This document shows, piece after piece, positions 26,801-38,400 of a stretch of 64,000 bases of DNA. How positions within the stretch are numbered: position 1 is the first letter of the stretch; each line of letters starts with the position of its first letter. Source of the stretch: Perna viridis (lineage: Eukaryota); assembly GCA_037379345.1 (NCBI GenBank), contig CM074514.1:14260001-14324000 (forward strand). Reading direction: 5' to 3'. The notes under the pieces were generated by a model that saw only the letters and a program-made list of their open reading frames with translations, did not search any database and was not told the origin of the DNA. Position numbers and translations under genes: made by a program.

Positions 26801-29800
26801 CATTACTCATTTCATTTAAGCTATGACCAGTACCCCAATTCCAAGTTTTATTGAAACTGGCATTGCATGATTCTAATTGAGATTTCTCTGGGACAGAGTC
26901 ATTCATATTTTTCCTTTTGCGTTTTCTAATTCTTTTTCTTTTCCTTCTTGGTTCCACATTTTCTCCTTTTACATTTACTGAAGTAGTTGCTTTGTTCACA
27001 GACAAATCTTGCTCATCCTGAATACCATTAGTCTTTGAGTTGGGGTCAAATTCAACATTGGGTGTGTCAATAATTTTCTTCATTTTCTTTGGTTCCTCAA
27101 TAGAAGTTGAAAAAACCATACTACCATTATTTTCTCCAATGTCTATTTTTCTCTTTCTTGACTTATCAGACTTAGTTGTTTCTTCCAGTTTACTCTTGTC
27201 ATGTTTGTGTTTCTTTTTCTTGTGTTTATGCTTCCCTGATGATGTTTCCACTGGCAATTGTTCAAATTGGTTTTTTAATGCAGTGATTTGATTGTCATGT
27301 AACTTTGATTTAATACTTAAATTACTATCTGATAACTGTTTACGTAAATGATTTCCTGATCCATTTTTTTCAATGTCTCTTTCATTTTCCAAATCATGTC
27401 CATGAGAGATCTCTGATTGATGATTTGAAGATTTCACTCCATCTGCTTCATGTTGATCAATTGATTGTAGAGATAAAGAATGAACATTCTTATCTTTCTT
27501 CTTTTTCTTTTTATTATGCCTCCTATTTTCTTCATCTTCATCTGCAGGTGCCAACAGTATTGTCTGATTTTCAAAGCTTAAATATAAAGTACAAAGAAAA
27601 GTTATTGATATGTTACAAGGTACAGTATATGTGATTAGGCCTAAATAAAATACCTGCGTTTCCACTTAAACCCTACCAATAATAATTTTTTGCCCTAAAA
27701 ATTTTTGGTCATTTTTTTTTTACAATACATATGTAATAGAAAATGTGTGCATAGAGACAGAGATGAATGTAGTTTAATTGACCTTTACATCATCATGTTG
27801 TCACAAGATCAGTCAATCAATAAAATATAATCTTTGTCAGGTTCTGAACATCATAAAGGAATATTCCTTTTCCCCATGATTAAATTGTGCAAATATTACT
27901 TGAAACTATTACGAATGCCATTCACAGATTTTTTAATACATATCATTATGAAAATGTAAAGGAATATTTCCTGCTATCCAGGTATGAATTTTTCTCTCTA
28001 CTGAAGGATAGTCTCCATATACAGATGTGATATACCATTCTAAGGTTAATTTCCAACCTGTGCAAGACTGATCTGGGATATGAGCCAATGTTTCTTCTTT
28101 GAGAGCATGTCAGGTTTCACTTCTCTCATTATTAATGTCAAAGCTACTGTTTGCATTAAAATGATAATATGAATGTACTTGTGACCTTTCTGCTTTAGAC
28201 TATAAGCTAGAAACCACTAATTCATTCCACTTCCCATAAGCTTCAATGCTAATTTCACAACTTTCAATGGCTTCTCTGGACTTTAACTTAACTTTAACCG
28301 GCAGAGGACTATACATCAGCATGATTCTACATACATGCATGTCAGCTCACAATCCCCATGGGGGTTTTTCGGCGAGATAACATGTGAACGGACATTTTTG
28401 GGATATATTTTGCAAACTGCATGGGTTACTGTAGTCATGTATGAAAGAGACAACCAGTATAGTATTAAAGGGCCTTTTTCAGTTGAACAACATGAGCATA
28501 CACTGTAATAGATTAAAGTCTGTAAGCCCATTTTTTTAGATGGATTCCTCCAAACCTAATTCAAATTAAGAAATTTACTTAAAAACAAGTACAAGATCTT
28601 TTTAAAAAAATAGCTGATGCAAATTCTCGCTTTGTTAATACCCAAAACTGATTAAGAATGTGTGATCTCTGTGCTAAGTTTGCGTATTTCAATTATTTCA
28701 TTGGTTCAACAAGTAAACTATTTCCAATTATTCAATATATAAAAGTGATTGAAAATAATCCAGACACCAATGTCCCCAAATGGAGCCTTAAATTTCATGG
28801 TTGCCATCACATTAGTTCAATGAAATGCCAGGTTGTAAGCTATATTTGTACATTGGTTAGGTTGCCATGGTTAAGCATCATTGGTGTCATGTGGAATTAA
28901 AGCGAACTCAATACCGACTGCATCGGAACAATAAATGAGATAACTAATTTAGATTCAAATGTTATTTCTACTATTTTAAAAACAATGAGCACATCAATAC
29001 CCCATTCCATTTATGTCAATTGCTGGGGATTCACTGTTCAGTATTGAGCTTAAAAGGAGATCTCTTGCCTAAACACCTGTCTTGGTCTATGTGACAGAAA
29101 GACGCAAAATAGTATGATGAAATTTGAGTATCTCCTTCTTTTCATTCAATGAATACTATGACAGGTCTTCAAGTGGGTATTTGTTAAAAAATAGGGCTTT
29201 TAATAGGGCTAAATTTCTAGAAAATAGGGCATTATTGAGAAAATCTGATGAAATAAAGGGATATTATAGGGTGATTTTTTAAATATTGCACTAAATTTAT
29301 ACTCTAACAAGAGGCTCCCAGGAGCCTGAATGGCTCAACTGGTTAAATTTTTGCCTTTCAAGGACAATAACTCTAACAAGGAGTTGTCCCACAATTTCTA
29401 TTTAAGAAGACCAAAAATACACTACACTGAACCTACCAGTAGATCTCTTGTAAGTGCATTATTTGTGTGTATTCTGATCAGAAGTAGTCAAAATAAAGCT
29501 GAGAATGTGTACTTTAAAATCATATTTGTAGCTTACTACATAAATGTATGAATATTGTTTACATGGATAATTTGCCTTCATGCTGTCAGTAAGCAGAAAA
29601 GGTAAAAATGTGGATTTTCAGTATTATTTATTTAAGTAAATTTTGTGAAGAATTTTTAAGATCATTGTACCTTTAGCATAATGATTTTGAGACCCATATT
29701 TTCCTAGCTTTGCAATGGTATGCAACTGTAAGATGTCATTTGTCCTGGAAATTCTCAGTTAAACTTTGAAAATGATTTTTTCAACATGTAAAGTAATGGA

Positions 29801-32800
29801 AACGTTAGAAGTGGTTAGTGAGACCTTAACAGATTAAAACGAAAATTTGACTAAAGATATATCTTATCATGCTGAACACTTTTACCCATGACAGAATTTG
29901 CCATAATCAACAGTTTTGGAGATATATGTGAAAAACTTCTGTCTGACATATATGTTCTATTTTTAGTAATTGCGGCCATGTTTTTCGACGCATCAAAAAT
30001 TTCTACTATGCAGGATATCCCAAGAAACATTCATACCAAGTTTGGTTCCAATTGGTCACGTAGTGTCAGAGGAGAAGAGTTTTGAAAAATTGTTAACGAC
30101 GATGAACCAAATGACATCATATCAAGCATTCACACTTAAATCATGTCTTGTGAATGACTGTACTTCACCAACTGGGAAACCAAGGCAGCTTTGGAACATC
30201 TTGAAATCTTCAGTAACCACAGACCTCCAAACTGCCATAGCTGTCTTGGTACCAAGTTGTTGTAGTCCATCACAAAGACTTGAGTGAAGTAATAAAAAGA
30301 AATCAGATTCTGAGAAAAAAAAATACTACAATTGTCTTCAATTTTTCAAATTTAAAAAAAATTTTCAACCAATTAATTTCAGTTTATAGGGAAAGGGCTA
30401 TTTTAAACAAAAATATATGGATTATAGGGTGATCAAAGGAACCAAGGTTAAAGCAGTAATCAAAAAAATTCAATCCAGGGACAAAAACCAGACATGGAAA
30501 ACAGACATACACAACAAAGAACACAAAGTAACTAAAATCATACACGCAAAGCAACAAAAGCGAATGAACAACTCAGACTCACTAAAAACTGGGAGCATGG
30601 ACCAGGTACACCGATAGGGTAAGCATCCTGGTTTTCTAGAAACACCCGCCGAGTTGCTCATAAAAAGTCCAGGGTAGATGAAAGAGAAAAGAAACTATGA
30701 CATGTTGAACAAATCAGTTTTCATGGTGCAGATGGATACACTGTAACAATTCACATAGATATAAAAACTCAATAGGGCATTGCCAAAAAGATAGGGATTT
30801 CAGGCATGTAGCTGCCGTTAGGCAAAAGTCTTTTGTAGTCTTTTGCCTGCACTTAATTTTGCCAATTTTTTTTTTCAAAATTTTGAGATAAAATACATCC
30901 AGGAGAGGCATAAATGATGCTCTAAAATGCTATCTCCCCGGAGCTTTGGAAGGCTTTGCCCCCCCCCCTGGACCTGCTGGGGGCCCCCAGACCCCCTGCC
31001 GTAATTTTGCCTACACTTCAATTTGGCCTCAGCTACGTGCCTGGATTTTGATGATGATAATGGTGTCTTTACTATCCTTACAGATCTCACACTACCGCCC
31101 TTTACAGAGATTCTATTAGTAAATGTATGTTAGTAGTTGGAGGTAGCAGACTTGAACCCAGCCTTTATAGGGATTTAATAGGTAATATAGGAAATATAGG
31201 GCCGGTTGAAGGCCTGCTTTGAGGCTCAGTATATGAGGAAATGTAACAAATATTCAAGAATATTCCTACCAAATTTCCAAAATCATCACTATTTAAAAGG
31301 AATAGTATTTCTTTTCACTATTGCAAATATACTGTACTGTTGAAATTACAGGAAATGTGAAAAAAGTTGGAAGACTGAAGGGGAGGCAACTCATTTTGTA
31401 TAAACATAATGGTAATTTTATAATTTGTTTACATACATTGTTCTACAAATTTTTGACCCATTAAATTGACAGTATTTGTCAAATTAATTGTGGAGTAGAA
31501 ATAAGTTTTTTAAAAAATGTTGGCTGTTCATAAAATAGTGGTAGATCCAATCAGGATTCATTATCTAATTGTCAATCACCATTGATAACCCTGATCAGCT
31601 GATAATGCATCAGAGATTATTTACCTGTCATAAAACATACCCTTACCTGTTTAGACAGCAATTAACACCTTTTGTCAGATTTATGACTCTTCTAATCAAA
31701 GAAATGAGATTGAAACACAAATTTAGGGGTTTGAATTAAGAGATTTATGGGTTATTTTGACTAAACCGGGTGTTGGGACAAATTTGTGACCTGCAAAAGC
31801 GCGTTGGTGGGACAAATGGTCAAATCATGAAACCACAATTAAATCCTGTAAGTTGGCAGGTATGCATCACAAGATGCAAAATCACTTGTAAAATGTACAG
31901 AAATACATGTATGTTTCCTTTCAGAAACAGTTTTAATTTTACAAATAAAATGAGAACTTTTTTCACCATGCTATGAAGAACAGGGGTTAATTTCTGTGTA
32001 CATTCCAAATGTTCATTGGTTGAATTAAAGGTCTGTAACCTATATCCTTACATCTATAACGATATATAACTAAAGGAGAAAAGGAATAGTAATATTCTCA
32101 GTGTGGGAAACCACCGCTCGCCATCTTGCCAAATACGAGCAGATGTGTAATTTAGCGAGTTCTCATTAGCTTACACTTGTCAATTTGGCGACCATCATTT
32201 GATTGGCAAGTTCCAAGGAAAGTTAACCAGTCAACAGCTTATTTAGTTAAACATCCCTTAACATCATACATTAAAAATATGTTCCATACATATTAAGAAG
32301 TTTAGCTTGAATAAGTCAAGTGAATTTTGCACAATTTTATTGACTTAACGATCTGCCATTTTAATTTCCGGTAAATGGGATGTGCCAAAACCTACGCCAC
32401 AGTTCCAATCTCGTATTAATAGTCAAACGAAATTATCTTGGTAATTTATGAAATGTTACCTTGCAAATTAGTTGTTTATTGTCAAAATAAAATTGAACAA
32501 GAAGCAAATGATAAACATTTTCTTGTTTCATAATGATGAATCTGTTGAAATATAATTTTATTTTTAAAATCGGAGAGTTCATCGTGATGTCATCACTTAC
32601 CTGTGATTTGGTTTTGGTTGGCAAAACATCCATTAAGTGGCATACGGTATCAACTTTAAATCATCATAACTTTTTCATTTTTAAAGATAATTGAATTTTT
32701 CAAGTAAAACAGTTATAAATTCACATACATAATATGAATTATTTTATCTAAATGAAATATTTTACAGAACCATAATTGAATATAAAATAACAAAGTTATA

Positions 32801-33508
32801 AACTATTGAAAATTGGGATTCTAATCATGAAATTGTCAATTGTTTATTTAGTTGTTTATTTGCCAACCAATTTGACACTTAAATATGCAAATGAATATGA
32901 CGTCACTTATGAGATTGGCGAACTCTCCTATATGAGTTCAGAAATGGAGTACTTTAAGTACTTGAAAAACTTCAACGACAACGGGAGGGAATATTTGAAA
33001 ATGGAAAAGTTTTTGATAAATTTAGAAACAAATAAAAAGATAGTTGAAGAAAGAAAAAGAATGGCAGAAGATAGTCAAATCCAAGAGAAAACAGATGATA
33101 GTACAAACAAAAAAAACAAACAAAATTTTGCTAGTTGAATTTCTATTTGGCTAGCAAGATCAATATTCAACTAGCCAGTATGGCAAGTTGTAATAAAAAT
33201 GGTTTCCCACGTTGTATTCTTTTATTTTTCATTTGGGGCATTTCTACTCACCTGTCTTGGTGGACACATTTTGCATTTATACAATCGTTATCTCTCAAAA
33301 TAACAGATTTTTCCCAGTCAGGCAGAAAACAACCTTGCAAAGTAAGATACAGCGGAACTGTCTTGCCAAGAAATTTTAAAGAAATATATCTCTGAACATC
33401 CTTCATTGTACGTAAATCTGAAGTGTCGATCAGAAGCCATGATGCGTCAAATTCGTTGTTTTCGAAAAAAACTTTTACTCGAACGTGTGTGGCCATGGGC
33501 GCAGCCAT
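17862..33508 (-). CDS. COIL: Coilin (Cajal body scaffold protein), about 605 aa
   Basis: Exons 33508-33252, 27576-26397, 25780-25640, 24688-24641, 19783-19711, 19157-19087, 17909-17862; total 1818 nt, in frame. N-terminal domain VRVKVFF...WLLID...LPDWEKSVILRDNDCI; long K/R/E/S-rich middle exon with NLS-like basic runs; Tudor-like C-terminus DYTKFVALIGPPRVGDRLAYKVIELSEDYTPEVSNYKEA...GKFEVVF...LESLIEPKLL*. Same 7-exon layout as vertebrate coilin. Confidence 0.93.
21069..24456 (+). mobile_element. Full-length Ginger2/TDD-type DNA transposon (KRBA2/SCAND3-like integrase) in coilin intron 4
   Basis: 69-bp TIRs (21069-21137 and 24388-24456, 2 mismatches) with TGT...ACA ends; 4-bp TSD TATA on both sides; internal integrase-type DDE transposase. 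Confidence 0.9.
21523..24186 (+). pseudogene. Disabled, intron-containing Ginger-type transposase
   Basis: Approximate exons 21523-22558, 22838-22993, 23257-23595, 23911-24186. HHCC (HKETGHGGRDRM...CENC), DDE (QVDLLD, LQSDNGREF, GSVERSN), PHD-like finger (CVVC..CGKC..HVICG..CPHC), C-terminal Cys-rich CNTNRCKCRKMGKLCNSRCHSSNTCDNK*. Frameshift near 22022; in-frame stops near 22235 and 23593. Confidence 0.85.
26112..26380 (+). mobile_element. 3' tail of a Penelope-like retroelement, ending 16 bp from the coilin exon 2 donor
   Basis: Same ctggacttgactttttatgagcaact...cccttgattactct sequence as the other copies. Confidence 0.8.
30426..30745 (-). mobile_element. 3' tail of a Penelope-like retroelement
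   Basis: Reverse complement of the shared tail (ORF 30470..30661 parallels ORF 38944..39204). Confidence 0.8.
30801..31043. mobile_element. hAT-like MITE
   Basis: TIR caggcatgtagctg / cagctacgtgcctg; gattt direct repeat on both flanks; GC-rich internal hairpin-like segment. Confidence 0.75.
32099..33214. mobile_element. Non-autonomous hAT-like element in coilin intron 1
   Basis: TIR cagtgtgggaaacca / tggtttcccacgttg; tattct direct repeat on both flanks. Confidence 0.65.
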
Positions 33509-33600
33509 GTTGGAAAACATTAGACAGACTATACCTCCAATACGAAGAGCGTCACATTTGTGTAACATGCTGCTCCTGCGTTGATATAAAATTGTATGTT
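33509..33600. promoter_or_regulatory. Candidate bidirectional promoter of coilin and RRN3, with a putative non-coding RRN3 first exon ending at 33593
   Basis: CpG-enriched patch; aacATGGCTGCG around the coilin start on the - strand; aacATGCTGC followed by donor-like AATT|gtatgt on the + strand. The first RRN3 coding exon is preceded by an acceptor-like acag at 35441-35444. Confidence 0.5.
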
Positions 33601-33734
33601 TTCCTGTAAATATCAGCAGATAAATGCTTACTGCTTTATTCAGTTTTACGAGGAAACAGATTTGCTTACGAATACTAACATCATTACACTTTCTCGTCTC
33701 GGAACCATTCATCAAATACACCGTGCATCATAGC

Positions 33735-33932
33735 TAATCCCTTTTGCGAGTTTTGGGATTCAGTGTCTAGAGCTGTTTTCTGATTTGACCGCCCATTGAC
33801 AAATCAGAAAACAGCTCCGGGCACTGAATCCCAAAAGGGATTACATCATAGCCTAATCCCTTTTGGGATTCCGCACTGGAGATATTTTTTTGTTTTGACC
33901 ACCACTGAAGCACCGAATCTCAAATGGGATTA
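33735..33932. mobile_element. Two adjacent related palindromic MITEs (33735-33843 and 33854-33932)
   Basis: Both have taatccc...gggatta termini. The first is an almost perfect hairpin flanked by the 9-bp direct repeat catcatagc. Confidence 0.75.
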
Positions 33933-34045
33933 CATTGCCTAGGGTTTGTTTACAGTATATTCACTTACCATGCTAACTCAGTGCATTACATAACATGAAA
34001 AAATATTTACAGTATTTATGCTTAGAATTGTTTGTTAAACTAAAG

Positions 34046-34860
34046 ACAGGGTTCTCGGGGACCCGAGCTCCCAGGTCCCTGACTCTCAAAATTCATTGGG
34101 GACCCTTGAAAATCACAACAGGGGAGTCCTGGGGACTTGTGAAAAATTCTCAATCCAGTTGCCTAAATCTACACTGGTATTACGATTACTCAACATGAAT
34201 TCGGTTTGATTGTTAATTTTGTCCCAACTTAAATCCAAGCCCTTGGCACAATAAAACAGCAGCTCAGATAAGCGTGTGGTATTAATGATCGGCAAATATA
34301 GCATGTGAAAAGATAGTAAGATATTCGTAAAATAAATATTTATTGTTGATTAATACTTCCTAACTGTACCGTATGATATTGAGTTAGAATTGAAGTCCAT
34401 TTGATGACCAGACACACATTGGAGACATGGTATGCAATGTTTGCATTTAAATTTCTTAAAATATATAAGTTATGTGCGAAGTTTGTGAAGGGTTATTTTT
34501 TATACGCCAGTAAATACCGGTCAGCATCCATTAAAGATCAAAATCGTTTACAACAACTAATCTTTAAAATAAAGATATATATATAGGTTACATTTGATCA
34601 GAAATGTCTCGGATAAACTCGAAGCTTTTTTTTTGGCAGTCTAAAACGACCGGCTGAAGACTACTTAAAAACGTCGCTGTCATGTCCTCATTTGGACAAC
34701 GCAGAGGAAGAATTTAATTATGGTACAGCCAGTACACCAAATAAAATTAAAATTTTCTGTATGCTATGGCTGAAAATTTTTCCGTGGTTGGAGAAATTTG
34801 AAAAAGGTGAACAAACATGAGTTATCTGTATGTGGTGCAAAGATGCTAAAAAGACCTAAG
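34046..34860 (+). mobile_element. Degenerate hAT transposon left end with TTF-type zinc finger remnant
   Basis: Starts cagggttctc with ggggac subterminal repeats; 34750-34855 translates KIFCMLWLKIFPWLEKFEKGEQT*VICMWCK, resembling the WL..FPWL...CxxC motif of hAT transposases. Confidence 0.45.
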
Positions 34861-35474
34861 TATACGGTGCATTATTAATATCCCTTTTTGTATGGAACTG
34901 ATTGCACTTGCTTGGGTCAGAGGTCAGAGATCAGAGGTTGTCGTCGCTGAACTAACTAATAACTTACAAATGTATTAATTGAAAAAGTGCATGTACATAG
35001 GATCAATATTGACATCATAAGAAAATCCCTAGATTGTCATCCAATATTTTCAAAATTAGCGGCAGGCAGCATAGATCTATCTTTTTTTTTTTTTAGTTTT
35101 TTTTATCAATTTAAGTAAAAAATGCTGTCAATTTGAAAGAAATTATCCTAAATTTGAAAAAAAATATAATTGGAGGGGGGATGAAAAATATTGGGTAGGC
35201 AGGAGATGAGAATCTACATGTTTGTTGTTTTTTTTAAATTTGGCCTACACCTGTTAATGTTAACTGTACAAAGATTAAAAAATAAAGAAATATAAATTTA
35301 ATGTGGTACATTTTTTTATTTACTCTATAGTTAGATAAAATATGATTATTTTATTGTGTTGCAGTGTACACTTAGTGGTGGTAAAAAGTTAAAAGGTTAC
35401 AGTTCGGGGTACATGTAGTTTTGAGGTATTATATCAATATACAGAGCACTTTTTATCATAACTACATAACCTTG

Positions 35475-38400
35475 ATGGCTATGGCAACAATCAATAAAGG
35501 CTCCCTGAATATTGAGTTGGTACTAGAGAAACATAAACAGGTATATTATTATGAAATCTCAGAGTTAAACAACATGAATAATTATATGTACAATGTGTTA
35601 TGTTTCTTAAAGAAGTTATTATGGTACCATCTGATCAATCATACACCATTTTATGGTGACAACCAGTTACCATTTAATCATGTATATGACTATGATTTTC
35701 ATGCAACTTTTAATGACAATGTATTAAAAAAGATCAATTTAATTTTTAAAAATAATACGTGTTGATGTACAAAAAATAATATATGTTGATGTACAAAAAA
35801 TAATACGTGTCGATGTACAAAAAATAATACGTGTCAATGTACAAAAAATAATATGTGTTGATGTACAAAAAATAATATGTGTTGATGTACAAAAAATAAT
35901 GCGTGTTGATGTACAAAAAATAATATGTGTTGATGTACAAAAAAAATGTTCTGCATCCAAATCTTTACCCAGGCAAATATTTTTCACGTGAAATTGATAT
36001 TAATCGAACTTCACAAAAAATTAAAATGAATGTCATTAGAAGGCTTGATTCACATGAATTTCACATGAACTCTATCACAAGATTTATTTTCTCAGTTCAG
36101 ATGAAAATCATGTGAAATTGTTTTTCCTGCGTATCAATATGTAAATACAATGGTAAGGGAAGGAGAATGTGAGAATACCCATAAGACAACAGTCCTAATG
36201 ATAGAACTAGACAGTAAAGACAACCTTCAACACTGAGTAGTACTCACCATAAATGGCAGATTTTAAGGAAAGATAAGCATCCTTAAAAATGTGCAGAGCA
36301 TACATGTATATAGATTATTTTAGCTCTATTATTGTAAAAGAGACCACTAACTTGGAAGTTTGCTTAAATTATATCTTGTTTGTAAAGTTGATAAAATGAT
36401 AATTTACAAAATCCGACAAGCAATCAAGAGATAAAATAATAAAAAAAAATTCTTTAAAAAATTCTATATTACATTGTACTTAGTTTTTGAAAACTCCGTT
36501 TTATTGTTACTTTAGGGATATAGGAAAGATTATGACTGGTTTACAAGCAGATTAAGTGATCCTGATATAGAGGTATAGTAGTACAAGCATACTATATACA
36601 TTAATAAGTTTTAGAAAAAATGCAGATATCTACTTCGCTTTTGATAAATGATTTTCAGTGAAAGCAAGGACTTAGATATACCATAACACCCTGTGATGCA
36701 ATGATTACAGTGTTTTCACTCTTTTTTTCCTAAAAGGTCAAATAAAAATTTGAACAGGACAAATTTATTAATTCTTTATTAAATGATATGTAATTTTTCC
36801 CACTTGAACCGGCCAGACAGGTGTTCGAAGCATATAAATTGGCCTCCAGCCTGTTCCTAATGAAAACACTGGCAGTGTACTGTAAATGCTATCTAATTGA
36901 GGAATTACTTGAAAATAAAGTTTTACTTGAAACTTTTTATTTTCATGTTATGCACACATACCTTATATTTGTTTAAGAAAGTCAATAGTCAAGCCTGTAC
37001 AGATTAAATCATCAGAAATATCACATACTGTAGTGTAATTGTAGGAAAACATTACAATCCTATGAGTTTACAATCTCATTCAACATTATTATGTTTTAGT
37101 AGAATTTTAGGTATACTATACCTTACTATGTGTGAGTGATTTAAGCATATATTATAACAGTGGTAAATTAATTTATTTGAGCCGACATGAATAATAGAAT
37201 ACTGTGCATCAAATACTGGCATTACACCATGTAGGGGATAGTCATGTATATATACAACACTTCAGTATGTTTATGAAATTGATTTTCTCTTTATTTCTCA
37301 GACAAGTGAACTTCTACACTACATCAAAGAAATAAGAAAATGTGTGATCCATTTAGACAGAGACTTTGAAGTATTAGTTGGGATAATGCTTGTAAGTATT
37401 TAGAGATTATTTATATAGAAAGTTTCTCTTTATCAAATTTAAAAAGTTTACAAATATGACATTATAGTATGTGTACTTTCTATACTGATCACTAGATGTT
37501 GTGAAATGCCCTAATCGTGTGTAGTTATTATTGAGATTCTAATATACACCTTTTTCTTCAAATAAAACCCTATTCAAGGAATTGTACCTGTTTATTTAAT
37601 GTGCATGTATTTCATAACATTAATTTAAGTAACAATAATCTTGCTAATGCTCATTTTATTTTGTAAATGTATTGTTCATGGTTACAGCTTTATTAATAGA
37701 TGGATGAGGCCAATCATTTCTTACAATTTGTATAAGTACTCCTATGGTATTTCACACTGTGACTATAGATATATTTGCAATTTTTGTCTGACCAGCACTT
37801 TCTCACCTTGTGTTGATCAAACTCTAAAGAATGTAATGAGATACCTTCAAAGGTGAACAATACTTCAAATTAACAGTGTTCTCCCCAGGCCATTAAGGCG
37901 CTGCACTTTACAGCACTATCGAGATTGAGCACTGCACTATCAAGATCGGTACTGTGCTATCTAGCTACCAGGGCTGTGCTATGAAGTTAAAATTTAGAGA
38001 TTAAAAATCAATTACAACAGGAAACGTGGGTGCCTCGAGGTCATTAACGGCATCCTACAAGGTAATGAGCTCTTGAAACTGATAGCAGTAAACACGCTAT
38101 AGTCAGTTGATCACCGTGTGACCGCACAGGTGTCTGAAGCCAATAAAAGTTACGACATTGCCGACAAGATTCTTTATCAGTCACCCTGCTTGGCCACAAA
38201 TTAATTTTAAGGAAGGTGTCTATCAGATACTACTATCTTATACTGAACCAATAAAAACTGACTATGGTAAAAATTAACTCAACCCTATTTAAAATCAAGT
38301 AGCTATTTATAAATGCAAAGTTGAATAATTGCACAATCACATGTTTTCAACAAAAAGAAGCTGATTTACCTTATAAAAGAACATATTGAATTCCCAAACA

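Larger units (their letters stand above)
29162..31216. mobile_element. Non-autonomous hAT-like element carrying nested insertions
   Basis: TIR caggtcttcaa / ttgaaggcctg with subterminal ataggg repeats at both ends; flanks ctatga / ctttga. Confidence 0.55.

Noticed and set aside
26274-27665. 463-aa ORF as a stand-alone gene
   Set aside because: It is coilin exon 2 plus intron read-through; its last codons come from a PLE tail.
32806-33138. 110-aa ORF in coilin intron 1
   Set aside because: It lies inside a non-autonomous transposon, is low complexity and has no recognisable domain.
33509-33721. 71-codon upstream extension of ORF 33248..33721
   Set aside because: It starts at a non-ATG codon, and coilin homology begins at MAAPMATHVRV, where the ATG has good context.
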